From NCBI GenBank assembly GCA_964525635.1, contig CAZGJX010000021.1, forward strand, positions 1-25,457: a DNA stretch of 25,457 nucleotides, given 5' to 3'. The notes under the pieces are model-generated. The model made no database searches and had not been told where the DNA came from. It saw nothing but the letters and a program-made list of their open reading frames with translations. The stretch is from an uncultured archaeon (GTDB lineage: Archaea > Asgardarchaeota > Lokiarchaeia > Sigyniarchaeales > SOKP01). Positions within the stretch are counted from its first letter, which is position 1; each line of letters begins with the position of its first letter. The translations under genes and the position numbers were made by a program. This document shows positions 16,535-25,457 of this stretch, piece by piece.

Positions 16535-17267
16535 ATGGAACGAAATATAGGGTTATTTGTTGGAATTATTGGATGTATTATTGGATTTTCTGGTCTAGGT
16601 TTAGGAGCATATAATATGATAAATTTTCAAGTAGTTGATGGAATCCAAGGACCTGAAGGACCTGAAGGACCACCTGGATCTGAAAATATGATTGAACTGT
16701 TATCGGGTATATATACTGGATTACAGCTTTATGGAAAAAATGTATTAATCCCTGAAGGAAATAATGTTACATTTCAAAATGCCCAAATTCTCGGAGGAGA
16801 ATTGTATGTATACGGAAATTTGACAATTCTGGATTCTGAAATAGATCACTCTATCAATGGATTTGGCAATGGAAAAATTGATATTATTAATTTAGAGATA
16901 TTAAATCATTATTCTACGATTCATTTATATGAAAATTGCAGTACAGTTGCGGATAAGTAAAACTCGTTATGCTATTGTATGCTATGTTTTTGATAACAGT
17001 ATTTTAAATACAACTAATCTATTACCTCATATGTCTATAGCTTTCTATTCTAATTCACAAGGTACAATTCGCTATTGCAATATAACGCACTTGGATTGTT
17101 TTGAACAGTCCCAAGTTTATCTTTTACAAAATACTACTGTATATGAGTTACGGTGTTTTGGAACACCCGGTAATCCTTATAATTCTGCGATAATTTATAA
17201 AGACAGTACTTCCACAATAACATTGCCCCCAACTTTATATGATGATGCTCAAATAATTGACATTTAA
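16535..17267 (+). pseudogene. Membrane-anchored collagen-like / beta-solenoid surface protein, split by a frameshift near 16945
   Basis: SD AGGTGAGG, N-terminal hydrophobic helix and GIQGPEGPEGPPG. The repeat unit xxY/F-D/E-N-S continues across ORFs 16535-16960 and 16929-17267 (LYENCS, VFDNSI, FYSNSQ, CFEQSQ, LYDDAQ), which overlap in frames offset by +1. Confidence 0.65.
16640..16678 (+). repeat. Short collagen Gly-X-Y repeat (GGACCTGAA x2 plus variants)
   Basis: GGAATCCAA GGACCTGAA GGACCTGAA GGACCACCT GGA encodes GIQ-GPE-GPE-GPP-G. Confidence 0.75.
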
Positions 17268-17277
17268 ATTATTCATT

Positions 17278-17295
17278 CCTTTTTATTTTCTTTTT
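17278..17295 (+). terminator. Putative T-rich archaeal terminator
   Basis: CCTTTTTTATTTTCTTTT begins about 10 nt after the stop at 17267. Confidence 0.35.
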
Positions 17296-17368
17296 AATAC
17301 TAAATTTCTAATTCAGTAATTTCTCACTCAATCTTCTCTTTTAAGTCGGCATTTTTTCTTCCTTATTA

Positions 17369-18121
17369 ATGGTATTTGACTCAGGTTTAAGGGAGTTTAA
17401 AAAGAAGGAAAGCATCCCAATCATCCCAACTGGAGATGAGACACTCAACAGGCTCCTGCTCGGCGGATTTCACATGGATCTCCTTTATTTACTCTACGGA
17501 GACAGGCGCATCACGACCAATATCTTGCTGAAAACTGCTGTAAATTCCCAGATAATTCTCAGCAAAAATGGAATATCTAACTGTTCTATTAAAATTGCTT
17601 ATATCGATGGAATCAACCGCTTCAATCCCTATAACATCTCTAAGTATGCCTTAAGCCTCAAGCTAAATCCACGAATCGTTCTGGAAAATATCTTAATATC
17701 GAGGGTATTTACCTGGGATCAGATGGTTGAGGTGCTTGAAAACCAAATCATTAAATTAAACTCAATAAATGTGGTAATGATTTCAGGGATAACGCAGTTA
17801 TTTGAGTATGAGACGGAGAGATATGAAGGACTATGGAAGGCAATTGGCGGAATCAAACAATTATTGGCAAAATTAAATCCCTTAATTGTTTTAACTGCCC
17901 CTCAAAATCGATTCTCCGATTTCAAGCCAAAAGGCGGGCAAGTCATCACCCATTTTGGAAATGTGTTGGTGTGTATTGATAATTTGGAAAGAGTGATAAA
18001 ATACAGCCTCGTTCAGCATCCATCAATGCCTGAAATGACCTTAACACAAATGAAACTATATGAATCAAAGAGAAGGAAACCAAAATCAATTAAGAATGAG
18101 AGAATTGATAAATGGCTGTAA
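17369..18121 (+). CDS. Inactivated RadA/Rad51-like (RecA-fold) protein with C-terminal PIP-like box
   Basis: RadA-like segments IPTGDETLNRLLLGG, IAYIDGINRFNP, ILISRVFTWDQM and PKGGQVITH. Walker A is replaced by YGDRRITT and Walker B by VVMISG. The protein ends NERIDKWL. Confidence 0.8.
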   Translation: MVFDSGLREFKKKESIPIIPTGDETLNRLLLGGFHMDLLYLLYGDRRITTNILLKTAVNSQIILSKNGISNCSIKIAYIDGINRFNPYNISKYALSLKLNPRIVLENILISRVFTWDQMVEVLENQIIKLNSINVVMISGITQLFEYETERYEGLWKAIGGIKQLLAKLNPLIVLTAPQNRFSDFKPKGGQVITHFGNVLVCIDNLERVIKYSLVQHPSMPEMTLTQMKLYESKRRKPKSIKNERIDKWL

Positions 18122-18348
18122 ATAAAATGTTTTTTCTTTAAATAAATATAGTTATAATTAATATAAGACAATATCAGATATCAATAAATTATGATTCCTG
18201 CTGAAACCTGAATTTTGTCTTTTGGTTAATGCTTTGTAAAAATACGCTCTTTCTCTCTTTTCCTATACCTTATATGGTTTTCAATGGTCTTTTCAGTAGG
18301 AATCACACTTATTCATCATTTTAAAATTAAAGAGGAGAAAAATCGCTT

Positions 18349-18612
18349 TTAAGTCTTAAAACGAGATTCTTTTTCCAGAGCTTTAAGTATCTCTGAATTC
18401 TCTTTTTTCTTGAGCAATTCTTCAATTTTAGGATTCTTTTTTCTCTCAGATTGTAAATAATCTAAAATGCGATTTACTTCTTCATGGATAACTAGTCTAA
18501 GATGATCTGAAGCAAATTTTAATTGAGAAAGTGGATCAGGATTAATAATCAGATATAGATCTACAATCTTCTTAATCATAGGGTTTAACTTCAAATCATA
18601 TTTCTCAGGCAT
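18349..18612 (-). CDS. Small hypothetical protein (87 aa), possible RHH-like regulator
   Basis: ATG-started ORF with normal composition, divergent from the TFB-like gene. Confidence 0.55.
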   Translation of the reverse strand: MPEKYDLKLNPMIKKIVDLYLIINPDPLSQLKFASDHLRLVIHEEVNRILDYLQSERKKNPKIEELLKKKENSEILKALEKESRFKT

Positions 18613-18752
18613 ATAAATACTATAGTAGGCATTATGATAAAAAAATATAAGCTTTAGAATTTATTTATCATAAATATAGGATATATTTATATACTGATTC
18701 ATCATATGATCATATTAACCAAAAATAGATAATTCCCAGATAAGAAGAAATA

Positions 18753-19925
18753 GTGATAAAGATGATTTATCATCCTTTTATAGACTTTAATTGTAATTTA
18801 TGCAATTCCTCAAATATAATAGAAACTTCTCAAGGATATGTCTGTATAGATTGCGGATTAGTCTTAGAGATTCAAAAAATCGTATATCATCGACCATATA
18901 ATATTGAAAAATTACAAAACAAGCCAAATCTAACCAGTACAAGAATCGGTACCATTTCAGAATTAAAGAATAAGGGATATCCTTCTAATTTGACAAGACT
19001 TAAAATACTTAATAGATATAAAACCAATGAACAAGCAATCTACAGTAAAGCGAAAGCTGAAATATATCGAATTTTAACATCATTAGGGCTCAAAAATATC
19101 CTAAAAAACGATATTTTTATCCGATTCAAATCTATTTATGAACAATTACAACCGCAGTCGAAATTTAGGAATCCTGAGAAATTAATTCCCTGTATCATCT
19201 ATTTATTTTGCAAAGAAGACTCCATAATTATAGATGAAGGAGCTCTATTGGAGATCTCAAAAATCACAAAAAAGGAATTTAATGCCTTTAGACTTCAATA
19301 TAATCAATTCTTTCCGAAGCGGACTGACCGAGATCGTATAAGATACATTTTAAATCAGATATTTCAGATATTTGAAATGAATGCTCTACCAATATCGTTT
19401 TATTATGAATCGAGAAAGATTCTAATTAAACTCTGGAAGTTAATTAAGAATACAACTGATCGCATAATTGCTGGAGTTGTTAGTTCTATAACTAGTCTCT
19501 GTTATTATCCAGAGCAGGTTAGTGTGTCTACAATATGTAAGCACCTTCACATCTCCATTTGTAATGTTCAATATCAGGTAAAGATTAATATTTTCCAGAG
19601 ATTAAAACTATCGGGATTTACCACTTTGAAAAAATCCGTATCTATATTAAGAAAAATCACTAAAAAGTTGCTCTCTATCCCTAAGAAAAAGAAAAGAAAG
19701 AAAATCTCAATTCCAATAAGACAAGTAAAGATCCATCAACATATCAAAATTATAAAATTCTTGTTTCAAATAAATAGAAAAACTGAAAAAAGATTCTTGC
19801 ATCATCAATTTATCATTTTATTTAATGTATCTCATAAAAAGATTTTTATCTGTCTTTATTATCCTAAAATCAAGTTAAGGGCAGGAGAAATCTTTTTTAT
19901 AGGAAAAGGTCCGCCTAAAAAGTAG
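18753..19925 (+). CDS. tfb: Divergent transcription initiation factor IIB (TFB)-like protein
   Basis: Zn ribbon CNLC...YVCIDCG, then two cyclin-fold repeats (KAEIYRILTSLGL...LIPCIIYLFC and IIAGVVSSITSL...VSTICKHL). Basic tail ends GKGPPKK. The start could instead be ATG 18762. Confidence 0.8.
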   Translation: MIKMIYHPFIDFNCNLCNSSNIIETSQGYVCIDCGLVLEIQKIVYHRPYNIEKLQNKPNLTSTRIGTISELKNKGYPSNLTRLKILNRYKTNEQAIYSKAKAEIYRILTSLGLKNILKNDIFIRFKSIYEQLQPQSKFRNPEKLIPCIIYLFCKEDSIIIDEGALLEISKITKKEFNAFRLQYNQFFPKRTDRDRIRYILNQIFQIFEMNALPISFYYESRKILIKLWKLIKNTTDRIIAGVVSSITSLCYYPEQVSVSTICKHLHISICNVQYQVKINIFQRLKLSGFTTLKKSVSILRKITKKLLSIPKKKKRKKISIPIRQVKIHQHIKIIKFLFQINRKTEKRFLHHQFIILFNVSHKKIFICLYYPKIKLRAGEIFFIGKGPPKK

Positions 19926-20137
19926 AAATAAAGAGAACTAATTGAAACCCATTTTATTTTTTAGGTCTCAATTCAATTGATGATTTGAAAATGTTATAGT
20001 AGTTTAAATTTATTGATCAAGCAAATTTACCTAATGTTCACTGTAAAAAATCTAGAAATGCCTCAAATTTAATTTAAGGGAGATTTTTCTTTTAAAATTA
20101 GTTAAATTTAATATAAATCGAGGAATATAGCAATATA

Positions 20138-21316
20138 TTATTTACCTCTCTCTAATTCAATCTGTCTTGCTTTAATAATTCTTTTAAAAGTCGGATTTTT
20201 CATAAGCACTTTATTATACCATTCAAGAGCCTCTTGATGCTTTTTATTATACCCCAATATCTCTCCTTTAATTAACAAATATTCCTCATTATCTGGATCC
20301 AACTTTAATGCTTTATCTAAACACTCAATACCTTCTTTACATTTCTTAAAAGTCTGTCCTAATATTAAACCTTTCATCTTCCATGCTTCTGGTGATTTTG
20401 GATTATTTTTTAGAACTTTATCAAAATACTCTATAGCTTTTTCAAGTTGACCTATCCTAGCATAACCTTTTCCAAGATCAGTCATTAGATTCAAATTATT
20501 AGGATTTTTTTTCAATAAATCTGTAATTTTTTCCACTTCTTCCTTATTTTTTCTTAAATGCTGTGTTAATTTGATTTTTACTTGTCTAGCCTGATTATCA
20601 TTTGGATTTAAGTTCAATATGGTATCATAATCTTTAATTGCTTCCTTAAACTTGCCCAATCTCGCATAACTAGCCCCTCTTCCATGATATATATTTGGTT
20701 CTTTAGGATCTAAATCCTTTGCTCTATTATAACATTCAATACCTTTTTCATATTCATGAAGATATCCTAAACAAGCTCCTTTATCAATCCAGCTTTTAAC
20801 AAAGTCTGGTTTTAATTCAAGTACTTTATCATAGCACTTGATTGCCTCTTCATATTGACCAAGAAATTGATGAGATACACCCTTATTACACCAAGATCTA
20901 AAATCCTCTGAAAACAAATCTATGGCTTTATCATAACACCCAATTGCCTTTGGATATATACCTAGATCAAAAAAATTATTTCCCTGATCATATAATTTTG
21001 AATATTCAACACTCATAGTAGTTAATTCTCTGAACTTTTTTTCATTAATTATTCCCTTTCCAAATTTTATAGGATCATAATCGGGAAGAGAACTTAACAA
21101 TCGCTCTAAATTTTGCTTAATTTTTGTCGAATTTGAGTATTTTGAGGCCTCATATAAACAATTGACAGCGTTTTTAAGATCTCCTTTAAGTTCGAAAACT
21201 TTTGCTTTATAATACAATGCTTCTGTGCTATTAGGATCAGTCTTTAAATATTTATTTATTTCATTCATTGCTTCTTCATGTTTTGATTTTTCAATTAATT
21301 GTCTAAATTCTTCCAT
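20138..21316 (-). CDS. Tetratricopeptide repeat protein
   Basis: Many canonical TPRs, e.g. WCNKGVSHQFLGQYEEAIKCYDKVLELKP and GKGYARIGQLEKAIEYFDKVLKNNP. Confidence 0.92.
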   Translation of the reverse strand: MEEFRQLIEKSKHEEAMNEINKYLKTDPNSTEALYYKAKVFELKGDLKNAVNCLYEASKYSNSTKIKQNLERLLSSLPDYDPIKFGKGIINEKKFRELTTMSVEYSKLYDQGNNFFDLGIYPKAIGCYDKAIDLFSEDFRSWCNKGVSHQFLGQYEEAIKCYDKVLELKPDFVKSWIDKGACLGYLHEYEKGIECYNRAKDLDPKEPNIYHGRGASYARLGKFKEAIKDYDTILNLNPNDNQARQVKIKLTQHLRKNKEEVEKITDLLKKNPNNLNLMTDLGKGYARIGQLEKAIEYFDKVLKNNPKSPEAWKMKGLILGQTFKKCKEGIECLDKALKLDPDNEEYLLIKGEILGYNKKHQEALEWYNKVLMKNPTFKRIIKARQIELERGK

Positions 21317-21358
21317 TATTTTTTTATATGAAATTTCTAATCACCTTCTCTGATTTTA

Positions 21359-21736
21359 TCATGTAATTTCAATATCATTCTTTTTACATTGAGTCTTATA
21401 ATATTCCAACCATAGTTCCAATATGTGTTTATTCTGTTTAGGGTTAAACAAATCATACACTCCTTGATTTTTTAAGGTAATTTTAGCGATTTTAGCGGGT
21501 GATCCATACCCTTCCCTTGGAAATTCAAATTGCCATTGTTCATTAGTTAGGAGTCCATTGTTGGTAGAATAAATACCCATGTAATGAGATGAGCCCTCTG
21601 TATATTTCATCTCCAAGACTGAAGAAAATTCATTCCATCCAATTGAATCAAGAATAAGTTCAGCTATCTTTAATATATTAAAATCCTTCTTTTCTGCATT
21701 TGAAAAAAGATCAAATAGTTCTTGATAATTATCCAT
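21359..21736 (-). CDS. Hypothetical protein (125 aa)
   Basis: ATG-started ORF with AGGTAT upstream and globular-looking composition. It lies 42 nt upstream of the TPR gene on the same strand. Confidence 0.7.
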   Translation of the reverse strand: MDNYQELFDLFSNAEKKDFNILKIAELILDSIGWNEFSSVLEMKYTEGSSHYMGIYSTNNGLLTNEQWQFEFPREGYGSPAKIAKITLKNQGVYDLFNPKQNKHILELWLEYYKTQCKKNDIEIT

Positions 21737-21884
21737 TATATAAGATACCTTTATAATACAGTGTTTTTTTTGTCTTTATTTTTCAAAAGATTCTTTTACT
21801 GAATTTTCAATTGGTTACTATTTTTTATATCTTTATATATTTAAAATTTTCTTAATATTCTACATAAGAATATAAAAATCAATG

Positions 21885-22190
21885 TCAGATAGAGTTAAGA
21901 ATATATTTCTTTATTAGTGATATAATTTCTTCTAAGTAATGCTTTAATTTCTCAGTCCCTATTAGTGTATAGAGTATTTTAGAATGAAATTTTTTATAAG
22001 AATCATTATAATGTCTATCAATATAACCTGTATTAACCAAATCTCGAATATATTGTCTTAATGTAGTTGCCTTACCAGGAAATATCTCCAGTAACTCATT
22101 TATTGTACATTCATGGTTATTTACATAATCTAATGTTTTAAATATTTCAAAGATCCATATAAGGTTTTTTTTTAATTTTCCTAACTTCAT
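21885..22190 (-). CDS. Small winged-helix DNA-binding protein
   Basis: CTINELLEIFPGKATTLRQYIRDLVNTGYI...YTLIG is an HTH plus wing pattern. Confidence 0.7.
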   Translation of the reverse strand: MKLGKLKKNLIWIFEIFKTLDYVNNHECTINELLEIFPGKATTLRQYIRDLVNTGYIDRHYNDSYKKFHSKILYTLIGTEKLKHYLEEIISLIKKYILNSI

Positions 22191-22390
22191 TTCTCATATA
22201 TATACATTTTAATTTATATTATAGATATTATCAGATCTTTTTAAACAAAAAAATGAAAAATTTCATCCATTTTTCCTAATTTTATTAGACATCCATCGTC
22301 TGAGCCAGCAATATTATGAAAGAGATCTTTCCTAAATAACAAAATATTACATACATACAGTAATTTAAGATGGTGGAATTGGAAATATAC

Positions 22391-22404
22391 GATGCGATCG
22401 CATC
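22391..22404. promoter_or_regulatory. Perfect 14-bp palindrome GATGCGATCGCATC, candidate operator
   Basis: Self-complementary and GC-rich within the AT-rich intergenic region upstream of the wHTH gene and the large membrane gene. Confidence 0.4.
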
Positions 22405-22915
22405 TGATTTTACTTGAATTGGAGTTTAGAGGGCAAAAAAAAATATACCTTTAAATATAAGATTGTATAAATATGAGTATACGACAAAAATTAAAATAAG
22501 ATTAAGGTCTTTTCAAATAGGAAAAACATAACACCCATAGTTATCATTACATATATTATGAAAATAATTAGTCCAATTTCAGAAAGGTTTCACATAAATG
22601 AAAGTAAGAATTATTTCTTATTTGATAGGTTTATTATAAAATTGGGTTCTTCCCAAGGTATTCTATTTTTTCTTATTTCTAAAGAATACAAATTTAATGT
22701 AGATAAATTAAATTTACCAATTCAAGGAGATAAAGGATCTTTGAATCTTATTTTTATTATATTTTTATTTATATTAAAAAGAATTCCGATTATCCATTTT
22801 TCATATAAATTTGGATCTTCTGGATTTTTAGTTATTTATTTGAATAATCAATTTTATTTTTTCTTTTTAAATAAAAATGATAATAATTTGTATTGATAAA
22901 AAAAATTAAAAAAGA

Positions 22916-25457
22916 ATGGTAAAAATGTCAAATAAATTGGATAGAATAAATGAATGGCAATACAGTATCGCAAATAAAGAATACTCATATAAAAAAGGTA
23001 GAATACAACCATTTAATTCTCTGGAAGAAAGAGAAAAATATGAGCAACAGCAAGAATTAGCAGCAAAGAAAAAATCAGAAATCAATCAATGGAAGTTAGA
23101 AATTGAGCAGAAGAAAAATAGAATTGAAAAAATAACACGATATTATTTTCCTCTTATTAATAAATGTCTTTCTAACCAAAAAAAATATAGAGAATATTTA
23201 AACAACGATAAAAAAGGAATTGTATTTTTTGCTTTTTATTATAATACCATAAAGAAAATTCTGAACAATAGAATCTTTCTAAAATCCAATAATATTAATA
23301 AAAAGAGAAAACGATATAATAAGACTTATCTACATCGCTTAACAATTTGGCTTTATCATTTATCTTGTAGATATCTTACAAAAATATCAAATTCCCCTAA
23401 TAATAAAGATATTGAGCAAAAATATCAAGAAAAAATTAGCAATTTATTATATAATAAAGAAAATGCTAAAGATTTACGTTCTATAGTTGGATATTCTAAA
23501 AAAGAGAGACTTTCTGATTTCTGCACTCGTATAAAAAATATATATGAGATGATTACAAGCGAAGAGATCTCATCAAAAGAGAGGAGATCGCTAGAGTCTA
23601 TTTTTAGCGAAATTAGTGTAGATTGGGAAGGCAATTATACAAAAACTGCTATCCTCAAGGCAAAAAGAGTTATTAAGGATTCTAAAAGCAAGATTCCTAA
23701 TCTAATAAATTTGGTCAATAAAAAAGTTATTGGGTTTGTATTATTATTCTCAATCCTATTTTTAGGTTATATATATCTAGTTCCCTTATCATTCTATCAT
23801 AATTATAAAGAAATATTGTTTACAACCTCTCTATTTATTATATCATTCCTATCTTTTTTCTCTATCAGATATTTTTATTGGAAAATACTATTATGGAGAA
23901 TTAAAAGAAATGACAATTTTAAAGAGCGATTAATTAATTTATTGCTCAAAATAATAATCTTAACTCTCTCTGAATATTTTCTATTTAGTGTTTTATTAAT
24001 CTATCATTCAAAACTGTCATTATTTTTGGTAAAAACTCTATTGATTATAGAGACTCTCATTACCATCTCATACATCCTTAAGAATGATGTAAATATCAAT
24101 AAAAAATATTTTTATAATGTCTATTGGCTCATATCTTCTTTATGTATTTTATTAACAATTGGAATTGTTTTATTTTCAGAATATCCTGAAATTTCATTGT
24201 TTATCCAACCCTTCTATATAACTATTATTGTATTTCTAAGAAGAAATCAGGAGTACCTGCAATTATTAAAAGATAAAGCGTATATATCAATAAATTATCA
24301 TGGGAGGAAAAGAATAATTCTCTTTGATTTTCTTTTATTATTGCTTATTGCAACTGTTTTATGTTATCTATTCATACCTCCCTTTGCTTCTATTCCAATA
24401 TTACTAATGATAATTCCATCATTTCTTCTTCTAAAATCTTTAAGATATAAACTAAGAAGAAAGATTAAAATAATTAAAAGAAAATCGAAAAAAGTAAGAA
24501 AAGCATTAAATATAACAGAAGAAAGAATTGAAGATAAAGCACTTTATACAGAATTAAAAGGAAAATATCAAACAAGCGCGATTTTAACATTTATTTTTCT
24601 CATCCTTTTACCTTTGCTTTTTGGAATTCAGCCAACAACCTCTATTCCTAGCCCAGAACTTCAATTTGCAAGTATTGATCGTAATATGAGACTTGAGAAA
24701 TCCCAAATCAACTATGATGATTTAATTTTTGGTCCTTATGATGAGTTAAATGGGATGGCGATAAATGATATGTTTATAGTTAAGACTACTACTTCATTGG
24801 CTTTATCTCAATCAGCAAACTTATTTGTGCGATTGGCCCCTGATCCTAATATAGAAGATATCGAAGGAAGGAGAAAGCAAGAATATTATGATTTTAGAAG
24901 TAGTTTCTTAAATGGCCCTCAAGAAAATAAAGATATATTCACAGAAGTACGCCTAAACAGGTACGACTTGATCCCTGGAAATTACAGCGTTTTTATCGAA
25001 TATTCTCAAATGAACACTTTTGCTTGGAGATCCTCAGAGGCAAAGACTTACGATTTAACCTTAAGTAAAGATGATCTTAGAGTTGTTGGCAATGATCCTT
25101 TTCCAAACGTCAGTATTGACTATGGCTCCTGCTATACTTTTGAATATGAAGACTTTTGGAAAGTAATTTACAATGGACATATAGAAAATTCTGCTGGAGA
25201 ACGCATGCCATTAAAGGGATTATCACTATATCTTGAGAGGAATAATAAGTTTGAGGAAGTAGCAACAATAGATACCGATCAACAGGGAAATTTTTACTAT
25301 GAGACCTGTATATATGGTTCATTTGATATAAATAGTCTAATAAAAGTTCAATTTGAAGAAAATGAACTTTATAATAAACTAGAATATCTAGAATTTGCAG
25401 GTTTGGAGCATGATATTAATGGAAATCGTCTTTTTATAGATGAGGATGGTGATGAAT
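22916..25457 (+). CDS. Large multi-pass membrane / cell-surface protein, 3'-partial, not in ORF track
   Basis: Frame from ATG 22916/22925 (MVKMSNKLDRINEWQYS...) stays open to the window end (...NGNRLFIDEDGDE). It has a basic soluble N-terminus, about 8-9 hydrophobic helices (approx. 23730-24630), then a beta-rich, Ig-like-looking region (LIPGNYSVFIEY, TIDTDQQGNFYY). Confidence 0.85.
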   Translation, partial: MVKMSNKLDRINEWQYSIANKEYSYKKGRIQPFNSLEEREKYEQQQELAAKKKSEINQWKLEIEQKKNRIEKITRYYFPLINKCLSNQKKYREYLNNDKKGIVFFAFYYNTIKKILNNRIFLKSNNINKKRKRYNKTYLHRLTIWLYHLSCRYLTKISNSPNNKDIEQKYQEKISNLLYNKENAKDLRSIVGYSKKERLSDFCTRIKNIYEMITSEEISSKERRSLESIFSEISVDWEGNYTKTAILKAKRVIKDSKSKIPNLINLVNKKVIGFVLLFSILFLGYIYLVPLSFYHNYKEILFTTSLFIISFLSFFSIRYFYWKILLWRIKRNDNFKERLINLLLKIIILTLSEYFLFSVLLIYHSKLSLFLVKTLLIIETLITISYILKNDVNINKKYFYNVYWLISSLCILLTIGIVLFSEYPEISLFIQPFYITIIVFLRRNQEYLQLLKDKAYISINYHGRKRIILFDFLLLLLIATVLCYLFIPPFASIPILLMIIPSFLLLKSLRYKLRRKIKIIKRKSKKVRKALNITEERIEDKALYTELKGKYQTSAILTFIFLILLPLLFGIQPTTSIPSPELQFASIDRNMRLEKSQINYDDLIFGPYDELNGMAINDMFIVKTTTSLALSQSANLFVRLAPDPNIEDIEGRRKQEYYDFRSSFLNGPQENKDIFTEVRLNRYDLIPGNYSVFIEYSQMNTFAWRSSEAKTYDLTLSKDDLRVVGNDPFPNVSIDYGSCYTFEYEDFWKVIYNGHIENSAGERMPLKGLSLYLERNNKFEEVATIDTDQQGNFYYETCIYGSFDINSLIKVQFEENELYNKLEYLEFAGLEHDINGNRLFIDEDGDE

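Noticed and set aside
17369-18121. Canonical radA or radB
   Set aside because: No GxxxxGKT Walker A, no Walker B Asp and no N-terminal HhH domain, so the gene symbol is withheld.
2178-22399. TTATTAGACA (2178-2187, 22282-22291) and GATGCGATC (2192-2200, 22391-22399) as att sites bounding a 20-kb island
   Set aside because: The matches are only 9-10 bp, their spacing differs between the two ends, and there is no integrase or tRNA in the window.
22558-22896. 112-aa plus-strand ORF in the track
   Set aside because: The F/I/L/S-rich composition is typical of an antisense shadow. The minus strand has a more protein-like but stop-interrupted fragment (KNPEDPNLYEKWIIG...PLSP*IGKF...IPWEEP). Neither can be supported as a gene.
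23425-25322. Minus-strand ORFs 23425-23634 and 25110-25322
   Set aside because: They are antisense to the long open plus-strand membrane protein frame.

Overview
A very AT-rich archaeal accessory region, most likely from an Asgard archaeon (Lokiarchaeia/Promethearchaeota). This is inferred from a TFIIB-like gene, a RadA-like gene, GGTGA-type Shine-Dalgarno sites, TATA boxes and Loki-style wHTH-TPR and collagen-like proteins. From left to right it holds: (1) the 3' part of an IS630 transposase; (2) a GNAT-like pseudogene with two lesions; (3) a minus-strand cluster that looks like a defence island (2324-10825), made of a Regnase/Zc3h12a-type NYN ribonuclease, a RecB-type PD-(D/E)xK nuclease fused to a HerA/DUF87 ATPase, a pseudokinase-UPF1-like SF1 helicase and a tandem PLD-fold protein lacking HKD motifs, the last two matching the Mokosh type I layout; (4) a divergent 1050-aa tandem wHTH-TPR protein; (5) a small module of divergent RHH-like and wHTH regulators plus a CoiA-like nuclease broken by an in-frame TAA, which the ORF track only partly shows; (6) a frameshifted collagen/beta-solenoid surface protein; (7) an inactivated RadA-like protein with a C-terminal PIP-like box; (8) a divergent TFB paralogue, a TPR protein and small hypothetical/wHTH genes; (9) a large multi-TM surface protein gene, absent from the ORF track, that runs off the right end. 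The best candidate for an undescribed system is the NYN + nuclease-HerA pair next to a Mokosh-like pair with apparently dead kinase and PLD active sites. All family calls come from motif recognition by eye; no searches were run.
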